Part shown: one piece after another, positions 36,761 to 46,900 of the stretch
Numbering within the stretch: position 1 is the stretch's first letter
Layout of the letters: the number at the start of each line of letters is the position of its first letter
NCBI GenBank assembly: GCA_024281115.1
Contig: JAMXLI010000006.1
Location: 1-61,427 of the forward strand
DNA from: Terriglobales bacterium
GTDB taxonomy: Bacteria > Acidobacteriota > Terriglobia > Terriglobales > Acidobacteriaceae
DNA length: 61,427 bases
Reading direction: 5' to 3'
Notes under the pieces: generated by a model
Database searches by the model: none
Seen by the model: only the letters and a program-made list of their open reading frames with translations
What the model was told of the DNA's origin: nothing
Position numbers and translations under genes: made by a program

Positions 36761-37357
36761 ATGGCAGAGAAGAATCTGAGCGGAATTCGAGTGGCCATCC
36801 TGGCCACCGACCTGTTTGAAGAATCCGAATTGGTGAAGCCGAAAGAGGCGCTGGATCGGGCGGGCGCGCAGACTACGGTGATTGCGCCGCATGCAGGCGA
36901 GATCCAGGCGGTGCAGCACGACACCAAGACGCAGAAGATCAAGGTGGACCAGACGCTGGACGAGGCCAGGTTCGGGGATTTTGATGCAGTCCTGCTGCCC
37001 GGCGGGGCGCTCAACGCCGACGCGCTCCGGGTAGAGCGGAAGGCGCAGCAGTTCGTGCAGGAGATGGACCGCGCGGGTAAGCCGATTGCCGTGATTTGTC
37101 ACGGGCCCTGGCTGCTGATTTCGGCGGGCCTGGCGCGGGGACGGAAGCTGACCAGCTATCACACCATCCAGGACGACTTGAAGAATGCAGGGGCAAACTG
37201 GCAGGACAGCGAGGTAGTGCGGGACCGCAACTGGGTGTCGAGCCGGCAGCCCTCCGACCTTCCCGCGTTCAATCGCGAGGTGGTGAGCCTGTTCGCGGAA
37301 GTAAGCGGCGCCAAGGTGCAGTCCCAGGGTGGACCTAAGAGTAGCGAGGCCGCCTGA
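36761..37357 (+). CDS. DJ-1/PfpI family protein (type 1 glutamine amidotransferase-like)
   Basis: VAILATDLFEESEL and the nucleophile elbow AVICHGPWLL. An AGGAGG RBS is at 36751-56. Confidence 0.88.
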   Translation: MAEKNLSGIRVAILATDLFEESELVKPKEALDRAGAQTTVIAPHAGEIQAVQHDTKTQKIKVDQTLDEARFGDFDAVLLPGGALNADALRVERKAQQFVQEMDRAGKPIAVICHGPWLLISAGLARGRKLTSYHTIQDDLKNAGANWQDSEVVRDRNWVSSRQPSDLPAFNREVVSLFAEVSGAKVQSQGGPKSSEAA

Positions 37358-37387
37358 GCGCGACCTGGCCAGCAGAGGAGGATTGGC

Positions 37388-38620
37388 ATGAAAGCTGTAG
37401 TGTTCCACGAAGTAGGCGATATTCGCGTGGACACGGTCCCCGAACCGAAGATTCGAGAGAAGACAGACGCGATCGTGCGCCTGACGGCCAGCGCGATTTG
37501 CGGGACGGATCTGCACATGGTCCGGGGAACGATGCCGGGAATGAAGGATGGCACGATTCTCGGCCATGAAGGGGTGGGCGTAATAGAGGATGTGGGCGCG
37601 GAGGTGCGCAACTTCAAACGTGGCGACCGCGTGGTGATTCCGTCCACGATTGCGTGCGGGTACTGCTCGTATTGCCGCGCCGGCTTTTACGCGCAGTGTG
37701 ATGTGGCTAACCCGAACGGGTCGCTGGCCGGAACGGCGTTCTTCGGGGGGCCCCCGGATTCGGGCGCCTTCGACGGCTTGCAGGCGGAGTTCGCGCGGGT
37801 CCCCTTTGCGAATGTCGGGCTGGTCAAGCTGCCGGATGAGGTCAGCGACGACCAGGCCATCCTGTTGTCCGACATTTTTCCTACCGGGTACATGGCAGCT
37901 GAAATGGCGGAGACGCATCCCGGGCACACGGTCGCGGTATTTGGCTGCGGGCCGGTGGGGCAATTTGTGATCGCCAGCCTGAAGTTGCTGGGCGTCGGCC
38001 GCATCTTCGCCGTGGACACGATTCCGTCGCGACTGCAGATGGCCTCCGAGCAGGGCGCGGAAACCATCGATTTCAACCAGGAAGACCCGGTAGAAGCGTT
38101 GCGGCGACTCACCGGCGGTATCGGGGTGGATCGCGTGATCGACGCGGTGGGAGTGGACGCGGTGGCGCCGCATTCCGGGCCAGCAACTCGCCTGGCGCGA
38201 GAGAAGCGACGCCAGTTCAAGCAGGACCTGGAGCAGGTGGCGCCCAAGACCCATCCGGAAGATGGCAACTGGGAACCGGGAGACGCGCCCTCCATCGTCA
38301 GCCAGTGGGCGGTGGACGGCGTAGCCAAGGCGGGCACCATCTCCATCATCGGCGTCTTCCCGCCCACCGCCAAGACGTATCCGATCGGCGAGGCGATGAA
38401 CAAGAACCTGACAATCCGCATGGGAAACTGCCACCACCGTAAATATCTGCCCAAGCTGGTGGAACTGGTGCGCACGGGCGCGGTGAATGCGGCGGAAATC
38501 CTTACCCACGTGGGACCTTTGACGGGCGCAATTGAGGCCTATAAGAGCTTCGACAAACGCCAGGAAGGGTGGATCAAGGTGATGCTGGAGCCGGCGGCGC
38601 CCTCGGCGCTAGCGGCGTAG
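37388..38620 (+). CDS. Zinc-dependent alcohol/formaldehyde dehydrogenase family oxidoreductase
   Basis: CGTDLH...GHEGVGVIEDVG (catalytic Zn), CGYCSYCRAGFYAQC (structural Zn) and the GCGPVG Rossmann motif. Confidence 0.88.
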   Translation: MKAVVFHEVGDIRVDTVPEPKIREKTDAIVRLTASAICGTDLHMVRGTMPGMKDGTILGHEGVGVIEDVGAEVRNFKRGDRVVIPSTIACGYCSYCRAGFYAQCDVANPNGSLAGTAFFGGPPDSGAFDGLQAEFARVPFANVGLVKLPDEVSDDQAILLSDIFPTGYMAAEMAETHPGHTVAVFGCGPVGQFVIASLKLLGVGRIFAVDTIPSRLQMASEQGAETIDFNQEDPVEALRRLTGGIGVDRVIDAVGVDAVAPHSGPATRLAREKRRQFKQDLEQVAPKTHPEDGNWEPGDAPSIVSQWAVDGVAKAGTISIIGVFPPTAKTYPIGEAMNKNLTIRMGNCHHRKYLPKLVELVRTGAVNAAEILTHVGPLTGAIEAYKSFDKRQEGWIKVMLEPAAPSALAA

Positions 38621-38636
38621 CCGGGCGCTACCCAAC

Positions 38637-38667
38637 GGGCCCCGCCGCGGCGGGGCCCTTATTTTTT
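38637..38667 (+). terminator. Rho-independent terminator
   Basis: GGGCCCCG-CCGCGG-CGGGGCCC (8-bp GC stem) followed by TTATTTTTT. Confidence 0.75.
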
Positions 38668-38796
38668 GCGCACACCCGACGTTGCAGTACGCAAATTTCG
38701 GACGCGAGTGTCGGGTTTCCGCCTGTCGCTGAAATCACCGATTTGTTTCCGGAGCCCGCGCTCAGGCACAATGAACGGTTTGGAGGAAAAAGCCCC

Positions 38797-39978
38797 GTGC
38801 GCATTGACCTGTTCAAGATGGAGAGAAACCAGTCGCAGCACGAAAACCGCGTGGACTACAACCTGTCGGAAAGCGGCGTGCAGCCCCTGACGTTGGCGGA
38901 GGTGCTGACCGGCTCTTCCATGACCCCGGAGCAGTTCCTGGCGCTGGACCTCAAATATCCCCAGAGCAACGGAACAGAAGAGCTGCGGGAGCGCATCGGG
39001 TCCTTCTACGGGGCCCAGGCAGAGAACGTGGTGGTGACCAATGGCGGTTCGGAAGCGAACTACACCAGCTTATGGGGCCTGCTGGAAAAGGGCGACCGGG
39101 TGGCCGTCATGCTGCCCAATTACATGCAGGCCTGGGGACTGGCGCGGGCGTATGGCGCGGCTGCCGACCCGTTCTGGCTGACCGAGCAGACACAGGATGG
39201 GAAGGCGCGCTGGGGGTTAGATGTTGACGGCCTGCACCGGGCAGTCAACAAGAAGACCAAACTCATCGTCGTGACCAATCCTAACAACCCCACCGGCGGA
39301 GTCCTCACGGAAGAGGAAATGGCGGAAGTTGTACGGGTGGCCCGCAAAGCCAATGCGTGGTTGCTGGCGGACGAGATCTATCGCGGCGCCGAGATCGAAG
39401 GGACGACCACCCCCACCTTCTGGGGAAGGTACGACAAGGTGCTGATTACGTCGGGCCTGTCGAAGGCCTTTGGGCTTCCGGGACTGCGCATCGGCTGGAT
39501 CGTGGGTCCGCCGAGCAATATCGCCCGGCTATGGTCGTATCGCGATTACACCACGTTATCGCCGAATTTGGTGTCGGAGCGCTTATCCTGGATCGCCATG
39601 GAGCCGCAGCGGCGCGACGCCATCCTGGCGCGCACCCGGGGTATCCTGCGGGCCCACCTGCCGCGCCTGGAGAGTTGGATCCGGCGGCACGACGACATCT
39701 TCAGCTACATTCCACCCGTGGCCGGCGCCATCGCCTACATTCGCTATCGGCTGGGAATATCTTCGAGCACGCTGTGCTCGCGGTGGCGCGACGAGCATTC
39801 CGTGCTGATCAATCCCGGAGACCACTTCGGGGGTGGGAAGTATCTCCGAGTCGGCTTCGGCTACGACATCGAGTACACGCTGCGCGGGCTGGAACGCGCC
39901 GACACGCTGCTGAATGAGCTGACGAAGGCCGGCTCGCGTCCCTCGCTGACGCGTGCAGCGCGCCGCGGCGCCGCCTGA
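38797..39978 (+). CDS. Class I/II PLP-dependent aminotransferase
   Basis: NLSESGV, VTNPNNPTGG and the PLP-lysine motif SGLSKAFGLPGLRIGW. A GTG at 38797 is preferred; an in-frame ATG is at 38818. Confidence 0.85.
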   Translation: MRIDLFKMERNQSQHENRVDYNLSESGVQPLTLAEVLTGSSMTPEQFLALDLKYPQSNGTEELRERIGSFYGAQAENVVVTNGGSEANYTSLWGLLEKGDRVAVMLPNYMQAWGLARAYGAAADPFWLTEQTQDGKARWGLDVDGLHRAVNKKTKLIVVTNPNNPTGGVLTEEEMAEVVRVARKANAWLLADEIYRGAEIEGTTTPTFWGRYDKVLITSGLSKAFGLPGLRIGWIVGPPSNIARLWSYRDYTTLSPNLVSERLSWIAMEPQRRDAILARTRGILRAHLPRLESWIRRHDDIFSYIPPVAGAIAYIRYRLGISSSTLCSRWRDEHSVLINPGDHFGGGKYLRVGFGYDIEYTLRGLERADTLLNELTKAGSRPSLTRAARRGAA

Positions 39979-40018
39979 GGCGCTGCTCCGGGGGATCTGC
40001 CGAACGCAGGGATCGAGG

Positions 40019-40279
40019 CTAGCTGCTGGCGCGACCTCGAACGAAGTTCCTTTGGGCCAAGCCAGCCTTGTGACGGCTGGCGGGGGACTTAGAGCCTCCG
40101 AAATTATCCTCCTCGTCCGGTTCATCTTCCTCGGCGACGTGACCGTTGGCCCGCAACTCCTGGAAGATCATGGTCACCAGGCTGCTGCCCCGAATTCCCT
40201 CGTCGGTTTGCAGCTTGTGCTTCTCAATGGCGCGATTGATGGAGCGCCGCACTTTTCCCCAACGCAGCGGATCATCCAT
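40019..40279 (-). CDS. Hypothetical small protein with acidic centre and basic tail
   Basis: 86 aa starting MDDPLRWGKVRRSINRAIEKHKLQTDEG...EEDEPDEEDN.... No family recognised. Confidence 0.4.
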   Translation of the reverse strand: MDDPLRWGKVRRSINRAIEKHKLQTDEGIRGSSLVTMIFQELRANGHVAEEDEPDEEDNFGGSKSPASRHKAGLAQRNFVRGRASS

Positions 40280-40476
40280 GATGAGCTCCCTTGCTTGGCA
40301 TGTATGAATAGTGCAGGGTAGTGCAGCATCTACATACACGCAAACGCAGCGGCGCGGTTTCGCGAAGAAACCCAGGCGCCTCCTCGGCCGCGCTGGGCAA
40401 AGGCGCCGAGTACGCTCGGGGCCAATTGTTGCGTCCCCCGCAATGCGCTATGCTGCTATGCACTTGGAGCGTGGAA

Positions 40477-41133
40477 ATGTCGAGTGTTGCGAGTGCCCCT
40501 ACGGTTCGTCCCCGGTCTCGATCGCAGGCGAAGTTGTGGTTTTTCATCGTGTTCTTCGCGGCGACGGCGTTCGTCACCTACATGAAGAACGCGCAGATTT
40601 TCCAGCCGGACTCTCCCATCGCGCGGCATTTCGCGCCCGGGATGATGTTTCTTATTCCACATGCAATCTTCGCCGGGCTGGCGCTGGCCATGGGAGCGTT
40701 CCAGTTTTCCAACCGGCTGCGCGCCCGCTATCTGGGCGTGCATCGCGCGCTGGGGTATGCCTACGTGGTCTGCGTGGCGATCGGGGCGCCGATGGGCATT
40801 CCGCTGGCTATGCGGACGGCAACTCCGTCGCTGGTGGCGGCCTCGGTGGTGCAGTCGTTCGGCTGGATGCTGTGCACCGGCATCGCGCTGTATTGCATTC
40901 GCACCGGCAACGTCCGGCAGCACCGCCGCTGGATGATTCGGGGATATCCGTTCGCGACCGTGTTTACGGTGGCGCGGCTCATCATTTCTCTTCCGGCAGT
41001 CAGGAATATGGGATTTACCGGAATCGAAATCGTGGTGTGGTCCGCGATTGCGCTGGCCGCCTTCTTGCCGAGCGTTGTACTGGAGTGGCCGTCCGCCGTC
41101 CGGGCTCCCGCGGCGGCGAAAGCCAACGCCTGA
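40477..41133 (+). CDS. DUF2306-like integral membrane protein
   Basis: About 6 TM helices, with HAIFAGLALAMGAFQFSNRLRARYLGVHRALGYAY typical of DUF2306. Confidence 0.65.
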   Translation: MSSVASAPTVRPRSRSQAKLWFFIVFFAATAFVTYMKNAQIFQPDSPIARHFAPGMMFLIPHAIFAGLALAMGAFQFSNRLRARYLGVHRALGYAYVVCVAIGAPMGIPLAMRTATPSLVAASVVQSFGWMLCTGIALYCIRTGNVRQHRRWMIRGYPFATVFTVARLIISLPAVRNMGFTGIEIVVWSAIALAAFLPSVVLEWPSAVRAPAAAKANA

Positions 41134-41295
41134 TTCGAGGCGCGGGATCCATCCAGCCGCAGGCGTAAACAGAAAGCAAGCGGGTGCGGCGCGGCGAACA
41201 AGTGGTTCTTCGCTGCGTGTATCAGCCGTTCACCTGTGGAAAAAGACGCCGCTCCCGAACCTGAAACCCGAGAGTATCGTGCCCTGAGGAGCAGC

Positions 41296-42063
41296 ATGAA
41301 ATCGCAAAACTCAGTGTTCCGCTTCAAGCGTGGGGACCATACCTGTGTTTTCTACCACAAGCCCGACGACCTGCTCGGAATCCTGGAGCCCTATATCCTC
41401 GAAGGTTTGCGGCAAGGGGAGAAATGCTTTTGTGCGCAGACCGCGGCCATGGCGAAGCACCTCGAGGCGGGGCTGGAGCGCGCCGGAGTGGACGTGGCCC
41501 GGGAGAAGAAGCGCGGCGCATTGCAGATTATTTCGGAAAAAGAGACCTATTTCCCCCAGGGCAGGTTCGACTGCGCCCGATTAGTCCAGCTGCTGGAGCG
41601 CTCGATAGAACTGGCGGTCAAGGATGGTTTCAGCGGATTCAGAACTGCCGGGGAATTGCGGTGGGCTGCATCCGGGATGTGCGATTGCGACCAGCTGGTC
41701 GAGTACGAACAGATGGTCGAAGCATTGTTTCCGGAACGGGGCGCAGTGGGGATCTGCCAATACCCGCTAGACGCGTTCGCTCCCGAGAACTTGCAGCGCG
41801 TTCTCGAAGCGCATCGCATTGCCGTTTCCCAGACCATGGGCCAGGCCAAGCACTCCAGTTACTATGTTCGCCGCGGTAAGTTTGCCGCCGACATTGTTGC
41901 CGACCGCCACAATCCTGCCTCGCGTTACTACTACGTCGTTCAACCGCATGGAACTGCGGACATCATCGGCTGGGGTTTCGAAGACAGCTTTGAGGCGGCG
42001 ATGAGTTCGAGCGAGTGCACAATCGCCGATATGGAACGACACGGGCGCGTGCCTCTCTCCTAA
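41296..42063 (+). CDS. Stand-alone MEDS-domain protein
   Basis: GDHTCVFYHKPDDLLGILEPYILEGLRQGEKC...GFRTAGELRW...YEQMVEALF...GICQYPLDAF matches the MEDS pattern. An extra ~90-aa C-terminal region has no recognised family. Confidence 0.65.
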   Translation: MKSQNSVFRFKRGDHTCVFYHKPDDLLGILEPYILEGLRQGEKCFCAQTAAMAKHLEAGLERAGVDVAREKKRGALQIISEKETYFPQGRFDCARLVQLLERSIELAVKDGFSGFRTAGELRWAASGMCDCDQLVEYEQMVEALFPERGAVGICQYPLDAFAPENLQRVLEAHRIAVSQTMGQAKHSSYYVRRGKFAADIVADRHNPASRYYYVVQPHGTADIIGWGFEDSFEAAMSSSECTIADMERHGRVPLS

Positions 42064-42274
42064 TCCTCCAGTAATTTAAAGACCCACCAGGCACTGCTCC
42101 AGCCGTGCAGCTCATTCCGAGAAGTTCGGCAGCGCATCAATGAGCCGCTGGTTCGAAGGTGGATCCAGAGAGCGTGAGCGCAACCCCGGGATTGACACTG
42201 CACCAGAAGCAGAGCACAATGCCGTCTGCCGTAAGTGCAGCATCGGAGTGACTGCCTTGCTTCCTCTGCCCAGT

Positions 42275-42631
42275 ATGCCCAGCCGCGTCCTGCTGGTGAT
42301 TGATGATCGAGCGGTGGGCGAGCTCTTCGCGCGTCGCCTGATGGCGGAAGGTCACGAGGTGCGATGGGCGCATGACACGGTGGAGGCGCGGTGGGTGTGG
42401 ATGCGTAATTACTTCCAGTCTGTGATCGTGTGCGCGCAGGGCGCCACCGGATTTGTGCGTCATATCAGGAAGGAAGCTCCGACGCAAAGCATCGCGGTCG
42501 TAACAGCCGATGAACTCCTTGCGGCCACGAAGAAGCCTGTTGCCAGCGTTAGTTCTATTTCCGACCGCTCTCTCAATAAAAAGCGAAGCAAGGTCCTGGA
42601 GATGCCCCGCCGCAGAAGCGTGCGACCCTGA
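42275..42631 (+). CDS. Receiver-like (pseudo-receiver) protein lacking the phospho-acceptor Asp
   Basis: RVLLVIDDRAVGELFARRLMAEGHEV... is CheY-like beta1/alpha1. The beta3 end reads SVIVCAQG, with no Asp. The C-terminal tail is basic. Confidence 0.4.
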   Translation: MPSRVLLVIDDRAVGELFARRLMAEGHEVRWAHDTVEARWVWMRNYFQSVIVCAQGATGFVRHIRKEAPTQSIAVVTADELLAATKKPVASVSSISDRSLNKKRSKVLEMPRRRSVRP

Positions 42632-42757
42632 CTGGAGCGACCGGGGGCGCCGCCGCGCGGTTTCCTTGTTGATCTTTCAGAGCTGGACCCTTGCGGTCTC
42701 GCGGGTACGTCTGCTGCGAACTGACGCGGTGGAACTTGTAAATAGGGGCGACGGCAA

Positions 42758-42827
42758 GGGCGGTTAGCTCAGCTGGTCAGAGCGCGAGCAGATCAACCTC
42801 AGCTGTTTAGAGCGCGAGTAGATCAAC
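42758..42827 (+). repeat. tRNA-Val 5'-half fragment followed by a tandem duplication of its D-arm segment (pseudo-tRNA)
   Basis: GGGCGGTTAGCTCAGCTGGTCAGAGCGCG matches 28 of the first 29 nt of the tRNA at 43516. The 30-nt unit CTCAGCTGGTCAGAGCGCGAGCAGATCAAC (42768-97) repeats at 42798-827 (27/30). There is no T-arm or acceptor 3' half. Confidence 0.75.
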
Positions 42828-42828
42828 A

Positions 42829-43293
42829 TCAGTAGTGCTCCCAAGTCACCCTCCAGTGCTCGTCCTGCCGTGAAGAATGCAGGATAAGTCGCCTGCCCGA
42901 AAAGGTGTACACGCGGGTAAGTTGTTTCCCCACCAGCGTTTTTACCAGCGCCCCTTCGACGTGGTGAGTAACGGTACCTGACTTTTCGTCCACGGTGTAG
43001 GTGCCGAAGTAAGCCTCGTACCCGCCTTGCGCGTACTGAATCGGCCCCGCCGCAGATCTTGCAGATTGGTCTGCGGATTGAATCTGGACGGCCATGTGCC
43101 CATCCCGCGTGTACATGATCGTGCCCACAGTTGCGGCGGTGAGTAGCTTACCATCGGGCCCCGGCTCCTCCGACGAGACAAGCCTCCAAGCCCCGATCAG
43201 CCTGTCCCGCACACTTCCTGATCCTGATCGGGTTTGACCTGCAGCGGGCAAGATAAACAACAAGGTTAGGGCGAGCGTCAGCAACTTTCGCAT
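42829..43293 (-). CDS. Secreted lipocalin-like domain protein
   Basis: Signal peptide MRKLLTLALTLLFILPAAG. LIGAWRLVS...GTIMYTRDGHMAVQI...YFGTYTVDEKSGTVTHHVEG is typical of the lipocalin-like (DUF1579-type) family. Confidence 0.7.
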   Translation of the reverse strand: MRKLLTLALTLLFILPAAGQTRSGSGSVRDRLIGAWRLVSSEEPGPDGKLLTAATVGTIMYTRDGHMAVQIQSADQSARSAAGPIQYAQGGYEAYFGTYTVDEKSGTVTHHVEGALVKTLVGKQLTRVYTFSGRRLILHSSRQDEHWRVTWEHY

Positions 43294-43515
43294 CTGTGAT
43301 CCTCTTTCTGCTCTGTCGCGTGCCGCGGCAGAGTACACTCGCGCAAGCGAAGCCGCAAGCAGCCAGGCTGCCCGGCTCTTTCGCAGCAGTGCTGGAGGGC
43401 TCAGAAGAAATCAAAGGCGCAGTGTAACTAGAGGGCCTTTTCCAGTTCACAGACGACGCCACGAAGGATGGCAATGTCCGCGGCAACACGTTATGATTGA
43501 TCGCGGTATCTCCTC

Positions 43516-43592
43516 GGGCGGTTAGCTCAGCTGGTTAGAGCGCGTGCCTTACAAGCACGAGGTCGCAGGTTCGAGCCCTGCACTGCCCACCA
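43516..43592 (+). tRNA. tRNA-Val: tRNA-Val (anticodon TAC), CCA encoded
   Basis: Manual cloverleaf: acceptor GGGCGGT/ACTGCCC, D-arm GCTC-AGCTGGTTA-GAGC, anticodon arm CGTGC-CTTACAA-GCACG, T-arm GCAGG-TTCGAGC-CCTGC, then ACCA. Confidence 0.93.
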
Positions 43593-43839
43593 GCCTTAAC
43601 AGCTCAGCAACGGTGCGGTCTCTCTGCGAACCTGGTTAAGTGCCACCCTCAATCAATGAACTGAATACGGTCGCGCCGGCTGCCGGTTGAAACGTCCGTC
43701 TCCATTTGGCACCACGCTGACCTGTAATGCTGCTGGAGGCTTCAGAGCCGACAACGCTCCGCGTAATGGAACCTCGCAGACGAATCATTGCCATGGCACG
43801 CGAGGGCTTTCAATCCCCTGAGATAACGGCGGTGAGGGC

Positions 43840-43849
43840 GGGGGGGGGG
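43840..43849. repeat. G10 homopolymer in the promoter region of the second TonB-dependent receptor
   Basis: Ten consecutive G lie 81-90 nt upstream of the TTG start at 43930, immediately 5' of TGTATAGA (-10-like). Confidence 0.9.
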
Positions 43850-43861
43850 CATCTGTATAGA

Positions 43862-43908
43862 ATCGTATAGTTATCGAGCAAGCACATGCTGCTTGTATAC
43901 AATACGAT
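43862..43908. promoter_or_regulatory. 47-nt imperfect palindrome (candidate operator) in an AT-rich leader
   Basis: Outer arms ATCGTATAGT / ACAATACGAT (9/10 complementary). Inner arms GCAAGCA / TGCTTGT (6/7). The centre is ~43885, about 45 nt upstream of the start codon. Confidence 0.35.
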
Positions 43909-43929
43909 ATCTTTCCAGGAGGCCCCGTA

Positions 43930-46900
43930 TTGCAGCGTCGTCGAACTATCGCTCTGGGAATCGCCTGCCTGCTGTGCCTGTCAGGCGCGCTGGTCTCTGC
44001 GCAGGTATCGGCCGCCATCTCAGGTGTCGTTTCCGACCAGTCGGGCGCTGCCGTGTCCTCAGCCATTGTGACCGCCACCAATCTCGACACCAACGAATCG
44101 CGCTCCGTTGTTTCCGGCGAAGCGGGCACGTATCGGTTGCTGGCGTTGCCTCTGGGACCATACGAGGTCCGGGCTGAAAAAGACGGATTCGCTCAATCGA
44201 TCCGCCGAGGGATTCGCCTGGTTGTAGGGCAAGAGGCAAAGGTCGATCTGCGGTTGGCCGTGGGAGAGGTCCGGGAGCAGGTTGAAGTTACCGGCGACGC
44301 CCCGGTTGTGAGTGTCACAACCCAAGACATCTCGGGCGTCGTAAACGAGAGACAGGTAAAAAATCTGCCGCTGAACGGGCGAAGTTACGACTTGCTCGTG
44401 ACGTTGAATCCGGGAATTGTCAATTTCACTTGGGAGAAAACCGGGGGGACCGGGGTTTCGAACTCGACCACCGGGAACAACTTTGAGGTCTCAGGCAATC
44501 GTCCACAACAGAATCTGTTCCTGCTGAACGGGGTCGAGTTCACAGGAGCGGCGGAGAACAACATGCAGCCTGGCGGATCGAGCCAGGAGTTACTGGGCGT
44601 GGAGGCCGTCCGCGAGTTCAACGTTCTGCGGGATACGTATGGGGCTGAGTATGGCAAGCGGCCTGGAGGCCAGGTGGTCATTGCGACTCAGTCGGGGAGT
44701 AATCAATTCCACGGCAGTGTCTATGAGTTTCTTAGGATCAGCGCCCTCGATGCTCCCAATTTCTTCGACCAGGGTTCCGCTCCGCCGTTTCAACGGAACC
44801 AGTTCGGAACCGCATTCGGCGGTCCAATTTCTAAAGGAAACACTTTCGTCTTCGCGAACTATGAGGGATTGCGTCAGCACCTGCATCAGACTTCCGCTGC
44901 GTTTGTACCCGACGCCGCTTCGCGTGCTGCCGCTGCCCCAAGCGTTCGTCCGCTGTTGAATTTGTGGCCTGTGGCTCCCGCCGGGGCTCCCGATTTCAAC
45001 GGAATTGCCCAAGTCTTCAGCAGCCCGCTGCAGACGATCAGGGAGGATTTTGGGACGCTGCGGTTGGACCACATCATATCCTCGGGTGATTCGCTCTCGC
45101 TGACCTATACCATTGACGACGGCGCTGACGTCACAGCCACGACTGTGAATCCTTTCAGCACCGATCTCCTCAACCTGCGGGAGCAGGTTTTCAGCCTGGA
45201 AGAGACGCACGCCATCTCGACATCTACGGTGAACGTTGCACGACTGGGTTTCTCGCGCGCAGGCTACTTCTTTACGGGTGAACCAACGCCCGCAACACCG
45301 GCGGCCAAGGTTGCCGGTTTTCTCCTGGGACACCAGGTGGGTGCGGTCGTGGTGGGTGGCAGCGCCGCCTCGAATCCGCAGGCGCAGATTGGGTTAGCCG
45401 GCAGCAACAATGGCAGCAACCTCCGGATCGCGAGAAACCTGTACACCTTGGAAGACCGGGTTTTGCTCAACCGTGGCAAACATCAATTCACGCTAGGAGC
45501 ATGGCTGCAGCCGTTTCAGTCGAACGAAACGATCGCTCTCAGCCAGTTCGGGCAGGCCACATTCGCCAGCCTCGATTCCTTCCTCCAGGGCAAGATGTCG
45601 AGCTTTCTTTTTGATGCTTCACCCAGTGCAATGAACTGGAGATCGTTGTTTGGAGCCTGGTATGCACAGGATGCGGTTCGCGTGCTGCCGAATTTGACCT
45701 TATCGCTCGGATTTCGAGCCGAATCCTCCACGGGGTGGAACGAAGCGCACGGAAGGGCCGCCAATTACACATTCACGGATGGAGTGATTTCGTCACAACC
45801 GCGTGTCGGAAGCTCTTTGTTCACTGTCAACCATGCAATATTTCTGCCCGAGCCGCGAGTTGGGTTGGCCTGGAGTCCGCTGAGCAGCAAAACCGTGATA
45901 CGTGCCGGCTTCGGGGTGTACAACGAATTGCAGGATGCGCTCGGTTACCGCACCGATCAGAATGCCCCGTTCAACCCGGTGTATAGCATTTCAGGATTGA
46001 AGGTATCATCGCTTCCCATTGACCCCGCCGCCCCGGTATCAAAAACTGCAAAACTGGTTCCGGGCGGGGTTCAGCCCGATTTGCAGACACCCACCCTGAT
46101 CTCCTGGTCTCTTCGCGTTCAGCAGGAGCTTTCACCTAACACTGCGCTGACCATCGGCTACGTGGGATCGCATGGCTACCATGAAATCATCGGCATCGAT
46201 GCCAATGAGCCCCTTCCCACCGTTTGTCCGGCTTCACCCTGCCCCACAAGGTTTCCGAGTTCGTTCCCGGGCGCGCTAGCCAACGCGCCGATTCCGGCGG
46301 GCACATTTTTTATCCCGGCCGGAAGGCCCAAGGCCAATCCTAGACTGGCGAATACCTGGACCTGGTTCTCACGTGGCGACAGCAATTACAACGCGCTGCA
46401 ACTCGATGTGAATCGGCGCGTCAGCCATGGACTTTCCTTGCGTTGTGTTTACACCTGGTCGAAGGCACTGGACGACGGCGACTCCCTCAACGGCACTGCG
46501 GCAGCCAACGCCCCCGGACTGGTCTCGAACCCCTTCGATCTGCATGCCGACTACGGTCTGGCTACTTATGACGTGAGACACGTGGCGGTGATCAGCGCCC
46601 TTTACCGTCTGCCGTTCGGAAGAGGGCAGGCCCTGGCGAACGGCCTTGAAGGCTGGCGCAATCAGTTGGTCAGTGGATGGTCTGTAAACAGCATTGTGAC
46701 GGCGCAGAGCGGATTCCCGTTCACTCCGCAGCTCAGCTACAATCCCTCCAATAACGGCGACACGCGCAATCCCGTGCGGCCGTTTGTGAATCCCGCATTT
46801 ACCGGACCGGTGATTCTCGGCAAGCCCGGCCAGTGGTTCGACCCGAACGCGTTTTTGGCTCCGCCGCCCAACAGCGGCTTTTACGGCAACCTCGGCAGGG

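Noticed and set aside
36749-38509. 586-aa minus-strand ORF
   Set aside because: It is antisense to the DJ-1/PfpI and Zn-ADH genes and has off-frame composition.
42758-42827. A second functional tRNA gene
   Set aside because: Only the acceptor 5' strand and D-arm are present. There is no T-arm or 3' acceptor strand, and the would-be anticodon loop lacks U33.
43593-43929. Integrase, attachment-site repeat or prophage next to tRNA-Val
   Set aside because: There is no integrase-like ORF within several kb, and I found no copy of the tRNA 3' end elsewhere in the window by eye. Island status rests only on composition.
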